A stretch of 64,000 nucleotides of DNA. Source: a virus. Lineage: Duplodnaviria; Caudoviricetes. Under the pieces are notes generated by a model. It was not told the DNA's origin, did not search any database, and saw only the letters and a list, made by a program, of their open reading frames with translations. Location of the stretch: IMG/VR virus record IMGVR_UViG_3300002220_000279, positions 2,162 through 66,161 of that record. One strand, written 5' to 3'. The position numbers and the translations under genes are program-made. This document shows, piece by piece, positions 39,806 to 51,009 of this stretch; position 1 is the first letter of the stretch, and each line of letters starts with the position of its first letter.

Positions 39806-40795
39806 ATGAACGATATGGAACTAATAGTAGACAATTACTTACTATATAAAATTATAACAGGTTCTCATCTTTATGGCACAAATACCGAAAACTCAGATAA
39901 TGATTATTCGGGGGTATTTCTTGAGCCATTTGAATATATTGCTAGTCCGTTTAAAAATATTGAAGAAATCAATTTATCTGTCCCTAATAAAGACGTTAGT
40001 GGCAAGAATACTTTCCTAGCTGTAGATGTTAAATATTACGGTTTGAAGCGTTTTATAAAATTGGTTTCGCAGTGCAATCCGAATATCATTGAGTTTTTGT
40101 TTGTACCAGACAATAAAATCTTGTATTTATCCAATGACTTTAAATCAATTCTGGATAATCGTGAGTTGTTTCTAACTCAAGAAATAGCAAGAAGATTTAT
40201 GGGGTATGCCTTTGAACAAGAAAAGAAAATGTATATAAGGTCAGAAAATTTTACGTTAATCCATCAGGCTTGGAAAAGTCTCAAAGAAGAATACCCTAAT
40301 TTGCCGCAGAATACCCCCATAATGAAAACAAAAACTGCAGACAAATATTTGGAATCTACTAGATTCTTACATCAGCACAATCCTGATAATGCGGAGTACT
40401 TGTACAAATGTGGTGATTTGCAATTCGGAACAACTTTGCACATAAAAAAGGTTATGAAAATGTTGTCTGAAAGAATACAGAAAGCATCGCACAGGACCGA
40501 TATGATATTGCATAAGGGATATGATTATAAGTTTGCCAGTCACGTTGTTAGACTGCTTGGTGAGGGATATCAACTAATGACAGAACATACGATAACATTT
40601 CCAATAATTAATGTTGATGATGTTATAGATATTAAGCGGGGGTTGTATACTATTGACAGGGTAAAAGAAATTATTGATAATTGGAAAGAAAAGTTTAGAT
40701 ATGCGGAAGAGCGTTGTGATTTACCGCCTAAAGGCAGTAATTTGAATAAAATAGAACAACTGACTTGGAAAATACAGCGGAATTGGTATGAATAA
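39806..40795 (+). CDS. DNA polymerase beta-superfamily nucleotidyltransferase (RlaP/NrdC.11-like)
   Basis: ITGSHLYGTNTENSDNDYSGVF, CNPNIIEFLF, GYDYKFASHVVRLL. Confidence 0.8.
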   Translation: MNDMELIVDNYLLYKIITGSHLYGTNTENSDNDYSGVFLEPFEYIASPFKNIEEINLSVPNKDVSGKNTFLAVDVKYYGLKRFIKLVSQCNPNIIEFLFVPDNKILYLSNDFKSILDNRELFLTQEIARRFMGYAFEQEKKMYIRSENFTLIHQAWKSLKEEYPNLPQNTPIMKTKTADKYLESTRFLHQHNPDNAEYLYKCGDLQFGTTLHIKKVMKMLSERIQKASHRTDMILHKGYDYKFASHVVRLLGEGYQLMTEHTITFPIINVDDVIDIKRGLYTIDRVKEIIDNWKEKFRYAEERCDLPPKGSNLNKIEQLTWKIQRNWYE

Positions 40796-40800
40796 ATAAT

Positions 40801-40828
40801 TTGCTTTTTTGAATAAACCGATTATATT
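40801..40828 (+). promoter_or_regulatory. early promoter TTGCTT-N16-TATATT
   Basis: Motif repeat. Confidence 0.75.
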
Positions 40829-40858
40829 GTATGTATAACCGTTTCAAAGGAGTTCAGT

Positions 40859-41188
40859 ATGAAAAAATTCACCAAAAGAGAATTCAAGGAGTTCCTAAAA
40901 AACAAATTATCGGCTGACATTAATTGGGCAATTAGTGGTTTGTTAAGGATTTATGACAATCAAACCACAGAAGAACAACAAATTGAAGATGTTAATAGAA
41001 TTAACGGGGTTGGGTTTACAGGAGTCGATGCAGAAATTTTAAGCGGTTTTGTTAATTATTATAATAAGAACAAATGCTTGACTGATAAACAAAATGAAAT
41101 CTTGCTCAAGAGAATGCCAAAATACTGGGAACAACTTCTGGCAGTTTCTGATAAAAATAAACTATATTCCGCTATGTCACAGAAATAA
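40859..41188 (+). CDS. conserved-looking phage hypothetical protein
   Basis: LLRIYDNQT.EEQ...NGVGFTGVDA. Confidence 0.7.
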   Translation: MKKFTKREFKEFLKNKLSADINWAISGLLRIYDNQTTEEQQIEDVNRINGVGFTGVDAEILSGFVNYYNKNKCLTDKQNEILLKRMPKYWEQLLAVSDKNKLYSAMSQK

Positions 41189-41202
41189 CTAAAAAATAGT
41201 AT

Positions 41203-41230
41203 TTGCTTTTTAGGGAAAATAGATTATACT
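41203..41230 (+). promoter_or_regulatory. early promoter TTGCTT-N16-TATACT
   Basis: Motif repeat. Confidence 0.8.
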
Positions 41231-41260
41231 ATAGATATAACGTTTTATAAGGAGTCAGGT

Positions 41261-43475
41261 ATGAAATACAGGAATGAAACTACGCAAAGAGAAAAGGGAA
41301 CAGGAAGACTCTACAAGTTTGGCTTTGCGGGGGTAGAAACATTTAAATACAACGACCTTATAATTCGTTTTGAAACCACAAAAGAACAACCGCAGGATAG
41401 AAAAAGTTACAGAAACCCACAATCATGCTATATTGGAAAACCTGGCAGAGAATTCAAATATGTGGGTAAAAGAACATTGGGCATTCCCAAATTAATAGAA
41501 ACTTATTATGAACTATATGGAGCGTAAAAATGAATATTAACGAGATTCATGAACAGATACAGAGAGAAAGAGATGAGAATGTTATTAATTCTGGTCAGTG
41601 GACATTGGGTGAACTAATCGATGCTCTCAACGGTATTACAGACATGGACAAGCAGGTCAGGTTTACAGACCTTAACGAAACTCACCAATATCCTCAACAT
41701 ATAACATACCCCGATAGAGCTGGTAGCTGGAGAGGTATATACAAAGAATTGGCTATTGGCTATGATTATTTTGAAAAAGGGAAACGGATTCCTACGGTTA
41801 AAGATATCCTGATACTATTAAAGGGTTGTGTGGGAACTATATTTGAGGGATATAAGGGTGGAGAATACAAAATGGAATTAGATACCCCTGTATGGGTGGA
41901 CAATAGCGGTCAGTGTTCTCATAATATGATATATGGTATTAAGGAAACTGACAGTTTTGTTGTGATACTGGTTAAAAATCAAGAACCATATCCGGGATAA
42001 ATTGGAGAGAATGAGTGTATTGTATTAGTATATCATCAAGCGATGAAATTATTTTTGCATCATTGCAATCATACCGCAACGCTGTGTTATCTAAAACCAA
42101 TGGGAACAATATCCATTTTGTTCTTGAGTATGTAGGCAAAGTAGAAAACTTGTTTAAATTATTCGTATCCGATAAAACCGATATGAGAGTTTTATATGAA
42201 ATGAATCAATATGCATCATTGATTGATAGCGAGACTGGTGTTTGCCTTGAAATAAAGGAATAACATGTATAAAAGGATTTTGAAAGTGTTTGATATAATA
42301 TATGTGTCTTCTGTAGCGTTTGTAGTTCTATTTGTAGCAGTAACTATTTACTATAACTATATTCGAAAGAAAAATGATATACCTAATCCAATTGCCGTTG
42401 AAAATACTGTTATTGAAAAAGAAGATTCTCTTGCCAATAGTCCAAGATACGTAGTTATACAAGATTTGATATCAAAGTCAGTATTACGGTTTAATATGGA
42501 CATTAATGAGGTTGGTATCGATGGTTTTGTTTGGGAAAATATGGACAAAGAATCTCGAAGGGTTCTGGTCACAATAATAGTTTTGTATATTCTTGAGGAT
42601 AACGTGGACCACTCTAAGTTACCAATTAACATATATAATATGCAAAGTGGTAATAAAGTAGCTGAATGGAGCTCAAATATAGCTATTATCGAAGGAAAAT
42701 AGGAGATTAGTATGACAAAAAAAGTTGCACAATTAGTAGAGACCATTAAAGAAAAACTTAAGAGTTGTGGTTACACCGAAGATTCTTATGGAAATTTCAA
42801 AAAGATTGATTCCAAAGGAGAGTTATACAGATACAAATTTCAGGAAATATCTTTGCGCAAGGAAACACAAGTTGTTCATTCTGATGGAACAAAATCTTGG
42901 GTAAGGCTCTCTGGCAATTATTACAGTAAGTTGGGAATCAGTGAAGACGGTAAAATAACAGGAATGAGGAGAGGATTTTAATGGCTAATTTCAAAAAGAG
43001 TATTATAATTGGTGAGAGTAAACCTAGAAAGTATTCTGCAGTAATTGATATTAAATTGGATAACTATCCAGAAGAACCTACTTTCTCCGCATCTGCATCT
43101 ATTTTTGTGGGTAAAGAATGGGAAAGTAGTGGACAGTATATTGACAATATTGCGGAATTGGTAGATGGAGCGTTAGATAGTCCTTTATATTTAGAAATAA
43201 GGGATTTGTGGGAAAAATATCACCTAAACGATTTAAACGCCGGCTGTGAACATCAACGAAAAAACTGGGATGAAAATAAGGAAATCATATTGCCTCATTC
43301 CTACAGGAAAAACGAGACAGAGAAAAAAACCGCTAGGTGGGTATATCCTAAAGACCACCCCGATGGACTACTTACTAAACCTTGTGAAATTTGCGGATAT
43401 CGTTATGGAACAGATTGGGTATACGCTCCAATTCCTAAAGCGGACCTCGATAGAATATTGGCTTTGTTTGACTAG
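41261..43475 (+). other. run of six hypothetical genes (41261-41527, 41530-42000, 42015-42263, 42265-42702 with TM helix, 42712-42981, 42981-43475)
   Basis: Tightly packed ORFs with RBS motifs, TAA/TAG stops. Confidence 0.7.
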
Positions 43476-43508
43476 TTAATTTAAATAATATTATGTATAA
43501 GGATAATA

Positions 43509-44369
43509 GTGATGAGTGAGATAATTTTAAAGGTTCTTGATGAGTATATGCAATCTCCGTTCAGGTTTTTTAAATTTGAATTGGGGGTGTGGTATCGTTG
43601 TGATGACTTTTGCAATGCTTATTCAATCGACTGTGCTGCCGGCTTTTACGCTACTGGAATTGAAGGACTGCCGTATAGTTTCAATAAAAGAAAAGGCAGT
43701 AGGGTGTTTGTATGCAAAGTAAAAGGAAAAAATGTTAATTATGACATATACAAAAGGAGGTGGGAATATATAAAATTGGTCCGGGAGATTGACAAGGATA
43801 CAATCAAGCAGCTGGCATTTGATAAATCTGCGGATATTGGCTATGACTTGGTTCACGCTATTTATCCAGTAAATCCGTTGACCGATATCGCTGAAAACGA
43901 AATAACACGGGAAGATATTGATAATCTGAGAAAATGGGATTATGTTAGGACTTCTATGAGAAATTCTGTATGGGAATCGGTAAATAATTATATTACGACT
44001 TCTATCATATCTTCTGTTAGGGCTTCCATTAGAAGTTCTCTTTGGGAACCGGTAGGGGAACATGTTAATAATTCTGTTAGGCGTTCTGTCTGGAATCTTG
44101 CAGATAATCCCATAAAAAATTCGTATAACTCCTGTTGGATAGATAACTCCATAGAGAATGCTATATGGGCTTATCTATCATCGCTATTTCCTAATATAAA
44201 AAAGTGGGAAAGTATTGACCACGAAGAGGAAAAAAATCCGTTCCATCCATGTATTGACTTGTGGATGCGTGGGTTTGTTCCATCGTTTGACGGCAAAGTT
44301 TGGAGATTACATCAGGGAAAGGATGCTAAAATAGTTTATGAATATCCTGTTGAGTATAAGGGAGTATAA
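43509..44369 (+). CDS. hypothetical protein with SV(W/R)xSV heptad-like repeats
   Basis: SVWESV, SVRASI, SVRRSVW; C-terminal DLWMRGFVPSFDGKVWRLH. Confidence 0.7.
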   Translation: MMSEIILKVLDEYMQSPFRFFKFELGVWYRCDDFCNAYSIDCAAGFYATGIEGLPYSFNKRKGSRVFVCKVKGKNVNYDIYKRRWEYIKLVREIDKDTIKQLAFDKSADIGYDLVHAIYPVNPLTDIAENEITREDIDNLRKWDYVRTSMRNSVWESVNNYITTSIISSVRASIRSSLWEPVGEHVNNSVRRSVWNLADNPIKNSYNSCWIDNSIENAIWAYLSSLFPNIKKWESIDHEEEKNPFHPCIDLWMRGFVPSFDGKVWRLHQGKDAKIVYEYPVEYKGV

Positions 44370-44373
44370 AAAA

Positions 44374-44634
44374 ATGAAAACAAATAAAATGGTTAATGCA
44401 TCACCAAACATGAAAGACCTTGTAATGATTTCAGGAGACATTAAAAAAAGTGTAACACTGTCATTCAACATTAACGGTGTTATTCACCATATCAATTTCA
44501 AAATCAACAGAGCGGATAAGGAATATGCAGAGCGTATCTTTGCAGGGTTAGTGGAAAAAATCATCGAAGATAGAAAGTCCGGTGTTGACATATGGTCATC
44601 AGAATATTTAAGTCAAAAGCATCATCAACAATAA
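44374..44634 (+). CDS. hypothetical protein
   Basis: GGAG RBS. Confidence 0.6.
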   Translation: MKTNKMVNASPNMKDLVMISGDIKKSVTLSFNINGVIHHINFKINRADKEYAERIFAGLVEKIIEDRKSGVDIWSSEYLSQKHHQQ

Positions 44635-44659
44635 CAGATAAAGATATATAAAGTTTTAT

Positions 44660-44687
44660 TTGCTTTTTAGGGAAAACGCATTATACT
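44660..44687 (+). promoter_or_regulatory. early promoter with perfect dyad TTATAC-N5-GTATAA (44681-44697)
   Basis: Motif repeat. Confidence 0.8.
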
Positions 44688-44716
44688 ATAGGTATAACGT
44701 TTTATAAGGAGTTCAT

Positions 44717-45328
44717 ATGTTTGATAGGATTGATACAACAGAGTGGAAAGTAGTATTACGCGAAAGTATACCCGAAAAATCCCTAAGTCAAGTGTTATCG
44801 GAATATCGGGAAGCTAAAAAACAAGACAAATACTATTTTGCTCCAATCCACGACAATGACTGCACAGAACTTTGGAATGCCTATAAATACGCTATAAATA
44901 TGCTTGAAGGAGCATACCCCTACAACGCAAGTATTATCCCTCATTTTGCAAGATATCTTAAAATGGGTGAATCAGATGATTTTATTAAAACTGCTGTTTA
45001 TGTATACCAAAGGAAAAATGATGCTGTGGAAACAGTAAGGACCATTAAAGACAAGTTAGAGAATGGGTGGAATCTATACGAATATCGAATGGATGGCACA
45101 GACCTGTTTAACAAATTAGTGGAAATTGATTTTTCAAGTGGTATTGACTATTTTAGTAAACGTATTGGTGTTGAGGGTAGGTTTGTCAAAGGCGGGGATG
45201 GAAATGATTGCACCAATATTTGCTTTTTACCAAAGGGAAAATCAAGGCGAGGACTTTCATTATTGAAATATATGAACGAACCCCTGTTTTACCGATTAAT
45301 AGATAAATATAGTAAAAAAGTTGTATAG
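44717..45328 (+). CDS. hypothetical protein
   Basis: AAGGAG RBS. Confidence 0.7.
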   Translation: MFDRIDTTEWKVVLRESIPEKSLSQVLSEYREAKKQDKYYFAPIHDNDCTELWNAYKYAINMLEGAYPYNASIIPHFARYLKMGESDDFIKTAVYVYQRKNDAVETVRTIKDKLENGWNLYEYRMDGTDLFNKLVEIDFSSGIDYFSKRIGVEGRFVKGGDGNDCTNICFLPKGKSRRGLSLLKYMNEPLFYRLIDKYSKKVV

Positions 45329-45341
45329 ACGGCATTCTTAT

Positions 45342-45369
45342 TTGCTTTTTAGAGAAAATGGATTATACT
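45342..45369 (+). promoter_or_regulatory. early promoter TTGCTT-N16-TATACT
   Basis: Motif repeat. Confidence 0.8.
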
Positions 45370-45398
45370 ATAATTATAACGTTTTATAAGGAGTCAGT

Positions 45399-45797
45399 AT
45401 GAAACCACTTAACAAATCTGCAAACGCTGTAATGCGAAAATTGGTTGACGGCATAGATGAAAACAATAGTTATAAAAAAATAGATAACTCTAATACAATC
45501 TTTATGCCGGTTGTGGTAGAGTGGATAGGCAAAAACAGAATTGGTGATGTGTTTTCTATAGCTCATTACTATGAACAAAATGGTGACCTTATGCGTGACC
45601 CCGAAATGACTTTTTGGAGAGGTGGCGATGGCAATTTCTATCCCGTTACATTCAGACAAGACCATTTAGGTATTTATGAAGAATCCATTTACCAAACTGA
45701 AACATCATATATGATACGTAAAAAAACACAATCAGACCATGCGCACTTTGCTAACATGTGGATGAAAAATATTAAGTATCAGCAAGGTATCAAATAA
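45399..45797 (+). CDS. hypothetical protein (DUF6908-like)
   Basis: SIAHYYEQNGDLMRDPEMTF. Confidence 0.65.
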   Translation: MKPLNKSANAVMRKLVDGIDENNSYKKIDNSNTIFMPVVVEWIGKNRIGDVFSIAHYYEQNGDLMRDPEMTFWRGGDGNFYPVTFRQDHLGIYEESIYQTETSYMIRKKTQSDHAHFANMWMKNIKYQQGIK

Positions 45798-46824
45798 TGG
45801 CTTATTTAAACCACTACGATTTCCACCTAACACAAGATTTAAAAGTTCTTATGGATGGTAAACTTTTAGCAAAGGGGTATAAAGGAAAGGTTCTAAAATA
45901 CAAAGTGCCCGATTTTTGCAAATGCGGAGCATACTTAAGTTTAGATTATCATAAATCTCAGCAAGTAGGCAGGGATGGTTATTCCGATTACATTTTAACC
46001 TGCTACGGGTGTGGACAAATTTATCAATATAAGAAATATTGTAAGAACGACATGCCTAAACATTTTATAAAAATTAAGGATGGTAAATAATATGCGCAAA
46101 GTATCACTATTTATTGCTTTACTGATAGTTATTGTCGTATTCGCAATCATAGTACCGCAAAAGGTAAGTATAAGCGCTCAATCGGATTCGTTGGGGGTTT
46201 CAATAACCGCACCGTTTGTGATAGTAGCAATCTTTCTAATATTGTTTATTATTGGGTGTTCTATTTACTATTGGATATACTGGCTTATACTGTATTTAAG
46301 TCCACACGTAGAACGCACAATATATTATATTAGATTTTGCTTAAGGTGTCCTATTGGAAAATATTTGAAAAGTTCCAATTGTAGAGACCACTGTAAGAAA
46401 ATTCCTGGCTCACCAAGATTTAAAAGGGGATATTAATATGAAAAGAGACGATTTGAAAGACAAGTACCCGCACATTTTAGAGTGCGGTGACACATATGTG
46501 GTGTTGTTAGTTGATGGATACGAAGAAACTTTTACTTTTGAGGATATATGTGATGGTATGGGGGGGTCACCAATGTCGGGATATCGAGATTTCGGTCCTG
46601 TAAGTGGAGACCACAGAATGATTAACATAATTTACGAAACTGTAAAAAAATACTTTCTCAACGAGTATCCACAATACTTTAACGATTCGGAAGAGTGTGA
46701 TGATGACGATGATGAGGAAGATTTGGAAGAAAATGTTGATACAGCAGTTTATGATTACACCGACCAGATTCTTATTGATGAAGATGCGCAAGAACAGATG
46801 GATATTGTAAGAGCAGAGGATTAG
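45797..46824 (+). other. three hypothetical genes (45797-46090 Zn-finger, 46080-46436 membrane, 46438-46824 acidic)
   Basis: Packed ORFs. Confidence 0.6.
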
Positions 46825-46828
46825 GGTA

Positions 46829-47505
46829 ATGGCATATTTACGATTATATTATAGTAATTGGTATGCATTCTGTTCAAACATAGAAAAGAATAGAAAAAAA
46901 TATGCCAAAGATATGCTGGAAATATGGTATCCATATCACGAGAACGCACTATCTATAACTTATGAACAATCACTTAGTATCACACCTGATAATATAAGGG
47001 AACACTTTAAAATTCCGATTCCTGACAGTGATATAAAAGAACTGTTTAACGCTATACATCGTTTTCAAGAGTGTACATTAAGAGATGCCGGGTTATCAAA
47101 CAAGCGTATTTTAATGCCAAAAAAATTACGGGAACGCAGAGATATGGACAGTTGGGATGATAGCAGATGGGTAGAAGAGCATATATGTGTATTTGTAAAG
47201 AATTTGAAGACCAACATACTATCCACAAACACCCTAATTGGGTAATAACTTATCATGATGATGGATACGATGAATTTCCGTATGTAAAAAATCGTCTTTA
47301 TGTTGCTCACATAAGCGAAAGAAAGATAAAATCATGGGAATTTGATTACCCCGAAGCATTAAATCTGAATTTGCAAACTCTTATTAACAAACTTGAAGAA
47401 CATGGCAATTATTCAGATGAAGAATATGAAAATGTTTACGATTGTGTAAAACAATTTATAAAAGATGTACAGGAAAGATATCCCGAATTAAAAAGGAAAC
47501 TATGA
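46829..47505 (+). pseudogene. hypothetical gene with a probable 1-bp frameshift near 47200; ends in TGA overlapping the next ATG
   Basis: Second frame lacks an RBS-linked start; GTAAAGAA would read V-K-E if one A were restored. Confidence 0.45.
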
Positions 47506-48817
47506 TGTTTGTTATAAAGTGTCATTTGTGTGGAAAGAATTATGATGAAGATGACCAAGAATTTATAAGTTGTCCACACTGTGAACACATAAAAGAAATA
47601 GATGTTAAAACTCGGGGAGGGGAAACATATACTGCATTGTGTATGTCCGATTCGGATGAGAGGGTTAACACTCAAAGTGGTTTAACTTACGCAGAGGCTC
47701 TAAAACATATTGAGAGTTGCTCTTGTAAGTCATGTTCCCAATATGCCAAATGCGGTGGGTTTCTAACACACTGTGGTGATGACAGAGATGAACAGGAATG
47801 GTTTCTAGTGCGTAACATATTAGATACGGCTTGTGGAGCAGAGTGGACCATTATAACAGATGCAGAATGGCTTCGTTTATTGACATAATCTATATAAACT
47901 AGGAGAAAAAATGAGAAGAGTAGTAAGGTGTCCGTTTTGTAACGGTGTAGGCAGTTATGAAGTACAAAAGAAAGTATTTTTTAACATGCTTTTGAAGAAT
48001 GAAAAGAAACAGTGTCCAAATTGTTCCGGCACAGGTAAAGTTGAACATATACAAAGCAGATGTAAGGTTTGCGGTCAATTCGTCACAACGACAAGATTTC
48101 ATAGACACCATAAACAAATTGTAGAGGTTTAGAAATGAAATTCAAATATATCATGTATAATGACCACTATGGCACCGGCATTATTGCGGAGGCTATAAAA
48201 GACCCAAAACATATTTTGTGGTCGGCTATTCCCGAAAATGACAGTTATAAAATGTTTAGGGATGTGTGGGGGTATGTAGAAAAGGATGAAGAAATTAATG
48301 AATACGAGATGGATTCCGAAATTGTAAAAAGGATTTTTAACGATAACTACGTAAGGATGGGTAAACCTAACAGTATGTCATTAGCATTTTACAATATAGA
48401 TAATGGCACAATAGCAAACATTTCAAATGTAGGTAAGCTTGAAAAAGCCGAACTATTATATGCAGATGGCTACGATGTTCTAGACCCAAATAAAATTGAG
48501 TTAACTATACATACTACTTTCGAATAATGTATAGGGCTGTTGGAGTTATTATTATAAGTGAGAACTTTTAAGGTGAGGAATAAAAAATGGTCTGGTTTCA
48601 CATATTGTTTAAACCATCTAATTTTGTCAAAATTAATCCTATGTGTGTTTTGTGTCATAATTGCGAGTATGATAGGGATAAGTTCCACTTAACTAAAACA
48701 CATCTATGCTATATTTTAAACACGCATATTGACCCGGCAGATGAGCCAAAGTGTAATAACAAATTTGAGATGATAAATTTCTTGGAACGATTAATCTTGG
48801 TTATTTGGGGAAGATAG
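47502..48817 (+). other. four hypothetical genes (47502-47888 Zn-finger, 47911-48132 DnaJ-type CxxCxGxG finger, 48135-48527, 48587-48817)
   Basis: CPFCNGVG / CPNCSGTG repeats in 47911-48132. Confidence 0.6.
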
Positions 48818-48819
48818 TA

Positions 48820-50028
48820 ATGGAAAAAAATAATTATCTGTTCACTAGTGAAGCAGTATCACATGGTCATCCTGATAAAATATGCGACCAAATATCTGAT
48901 TCTATTCTTGATGCCTATTTGGAACAAGATTCCAATAGCAGGGTGGCAATCGAAACCCTCGTTACTAAAAACAAAATAGTGGTTGCTGGAGAGATTAGTT
49001 CGTCAGCAAAGGTTAATGTCAAAAAGGTAATCAGAAACACAGTAAAATCAATTGGATATGATAGAAAAGAATATGGTTTTTGGCATAAATCCAAGATTTA
49101 CAATTTTATTCATAAGCAAACTCCCGAATTGCAGAATAATGCCGATACAGATAACGCAGGTGACCAGGGAATTATGTTTGGATATGCTTGCCGGGAAACT
49201 GATGATTATATGCCAATAGCATCATCATTAGCTAATTATATCTTGTATATGATACACTATGTTGACAGAAATGGATATATAAAAAAACGTATCCTTTACC
49301 CCGATGCGAAATGTCAGGTTACTATTGAATATTGTGATGGAAAACCACAAAAGATTAATAACATCTTGTTGTCGGTCAGTCACGCTAAATTAATAAGTTC
49401 AGATTTTTGTACGTATGGGTCATTCTGGGATGACCTAAAGCATATGATAAGATATTATGCCAAAGAGTTTGTAAAAAATAATTGCTCACTATATCCAGAA
49501 TTAGCAACAGAGCCATTTGATATTATTATCAACCCTGCCGGCAATTGGAACAATTTCGGTCCCGCTGCGGATTCCGGAGTTACTGGCAGAAAAATAGTAA
49601 TTGATGCATACGGTGGATGCGCTCCTGTCGGCGGTGGAGCGTTTAGCGGAAAGGATGGGACAAAAGTTGATAGGACTGCCGCTTATATGGCTAGGCATAT
49701 AGCAAAAAATATAGTTCATAACGGTATAGCAGACTCCTGTTTGGTTCAGTTCGCGTATATTATCGGTAAGCAATTTCCCATATCTATTAATGTTTTTTGT
49801 AATAATCCAAAATACCCTGAAAAGCAAATTGTTGAAATGATTGAAAGTAATTTCAATCTTTCCGTATCGTGTATGGTAACTTATTTAGGCATGCACGACA
49901 GTAATCACGCATTTAACAGTGTTTATTGTCATTTTGGTTTGAGCGCTACCCCAATGGGAGATGACGATATACGACCGTGGGAAAAATTGATAGAGTTGAT
50001 GCCAAACCCAGTTGCGAAAGAGGATTAG
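48820..50028 (+). CDS. metK: S-adenosylmethionine synthetase
   Basis: FTSEAVSHGHPDKICDQISD, AGDQGIMFGYA, YPDAKCQVT, DSGVTGRKIVID.YGG, GGGAFSGKD.TKVDR. Confidence 0.95.
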   Translation: MEKNNYLFTSEAVSHGHPDKICDQISDSILDAYLEQDSNSRVAIETLVTKNKIVVAGEISSSAKVNVKKVIRNTVKSIGYDRKEYGFWHKSKIYNFIHKQTPELQNNADTDNAGDQGIMFGYACRETDDYMPIASSLANYILYMIHYVDRNGYIKKRILYPDAKCQVTIEYCDGKPQKINNILLSVSHAKLISSDFCTYGSFWDDLKHMIRYYAKEFVKNNCSLYPELATEPFDIIINPAGNWNNFGPAADSGVTGRKIVIDAYGGCAPVGGGAFSGKDGTKVDRTAAYMARHIAKNIVHNGIADSCLVQFAYIIGKQFPISINVFCNNPKYPEKQIVEMIESNFNLSVSCMVTYLGMHDSNHAFNSVYCHFGLSATPMGDDDIRPWEKLIELMPNPVAKED

Positions 50029-50034
50029 CGTATT

Positions 50035-50259
50035 ATGGAACAAAAATTAGCATTTATAGAAACGTTTGGCAACAATTACAGTTTATTGTTTGATTCCTTG
50101 TGTGACAAAATACAGGAGATTTCAAAAAAAGAAGGATTTTGTTGTTACAGAAGTGTCTCTCATCATATATCTGGCAATGAGTCCGAAAGCTTAAAAGATT
50201 ACTCTAAATATGACCTATACAAGGGAACCGCAATAGTTGTTTATGAGATGTATGTGTAG
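50035..50259 (+). CDS. hypothetical protein
   Basis: Packed ORF. Confidence 0.55.
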   Translation: MEQKLAFIETFGNNYSLLFDSLCDKIQEISKKEGFCCYRSVSHHISGNESESLKDYSKYDLYKGTAIVVYEMYV

Positions 50260-50264
50260 TAAAT

Positions 50265-50798
50265 ATGGAAAAGAATATATCAGCTAGTGAGTTTCAAAAA
50301 CGATATGGACACTTAAAAACTCTACGTAGCTGCGCAAAAACCCCATCACAGGGAGCGAAAGTGTCCAAATACCATAATGTATCAGGATGGTGGACAAACA
50401 ACGTTAAAACTCATTATATGCACTCTATGTTAGAAAGTAATTTTGCGTGGTTTTTAGAATTTCTATTAGAAAAAGAAAAAATAAAGGAATGGATATATGA
50501 ACCAAAGCCAGCGTTTACATTCCCCACAAGGGCGAATAATACATATTTACCGGACTTCAAGGTATGGACCGAAAATGATGAAATCGTTATTTATGAAGTG
50601 AAAGGATATTTAGACAGTAGAAGTAAAATAAAGCTTAACCGTATGGCAAAATATTACCCAGATATAAAAATACAAATTATAAACAGTAAGGTAATGAAAA
50701 TAATTGAACTGCAATTCAAATCATTGATAAAAAATTGGGATAAACCGTTGTTATCCAAAGAGGAGTTAAATGGAATTAAAGAGGGTTCTGAGCAATAA
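50265..50798 (+). CDS. PD-(D/E)XK nuclease (DUF1064-like)
   Basis: SMLE, YLPDF, YEVKG. Confidence 0.75.
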   Translation: MEKNISASEFQKRYGHLKTLRSCAKTPSQGAKVSKYHNVSGWWTNNVKTHYMHSMLESNFAWFLEFLLEKEKIKEWIYEPKPAFTFPTRANNTYLPDFKVWTENDEIVIYEVKGYLDSRSKIKLNRMAKYYPDIKIQIINSKVMKIIELQFKSLIKNWDKPLLSKEELNGIKEGSEQ

Positions 50799-51009
50799 AT
50801 CGCTAAATGCTGTTGGATATTATCCATTGTCTGATTGTGATTTGTTGTGTTTTACTGGCAACTGTCCGCTTTACAAATACAATTTAGAGAGTTGTAATGA
50901 ATGCCCATTTAAATCAGAGTATGGGAATGATTATTTCCAAATGGGAGAATTCTACGATAAACCGATTAAGGAGTCTGTAGAAAAAATATTGAGAGAAAGA
51001 ATAAAGTGA
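50770..51009 (+). CDS. small Cys-rich protein; TGA stop overlapping the next GTG
   Basis: GTGA overlap. Confidence 0.55.
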   Translation: MELKRVLSNKSLNAVGYYPLSDCDLLCFTGNCPLYKYNLESCNECPFKSEYGNDYFQMGEFYDKPIKESVEKILRERIK

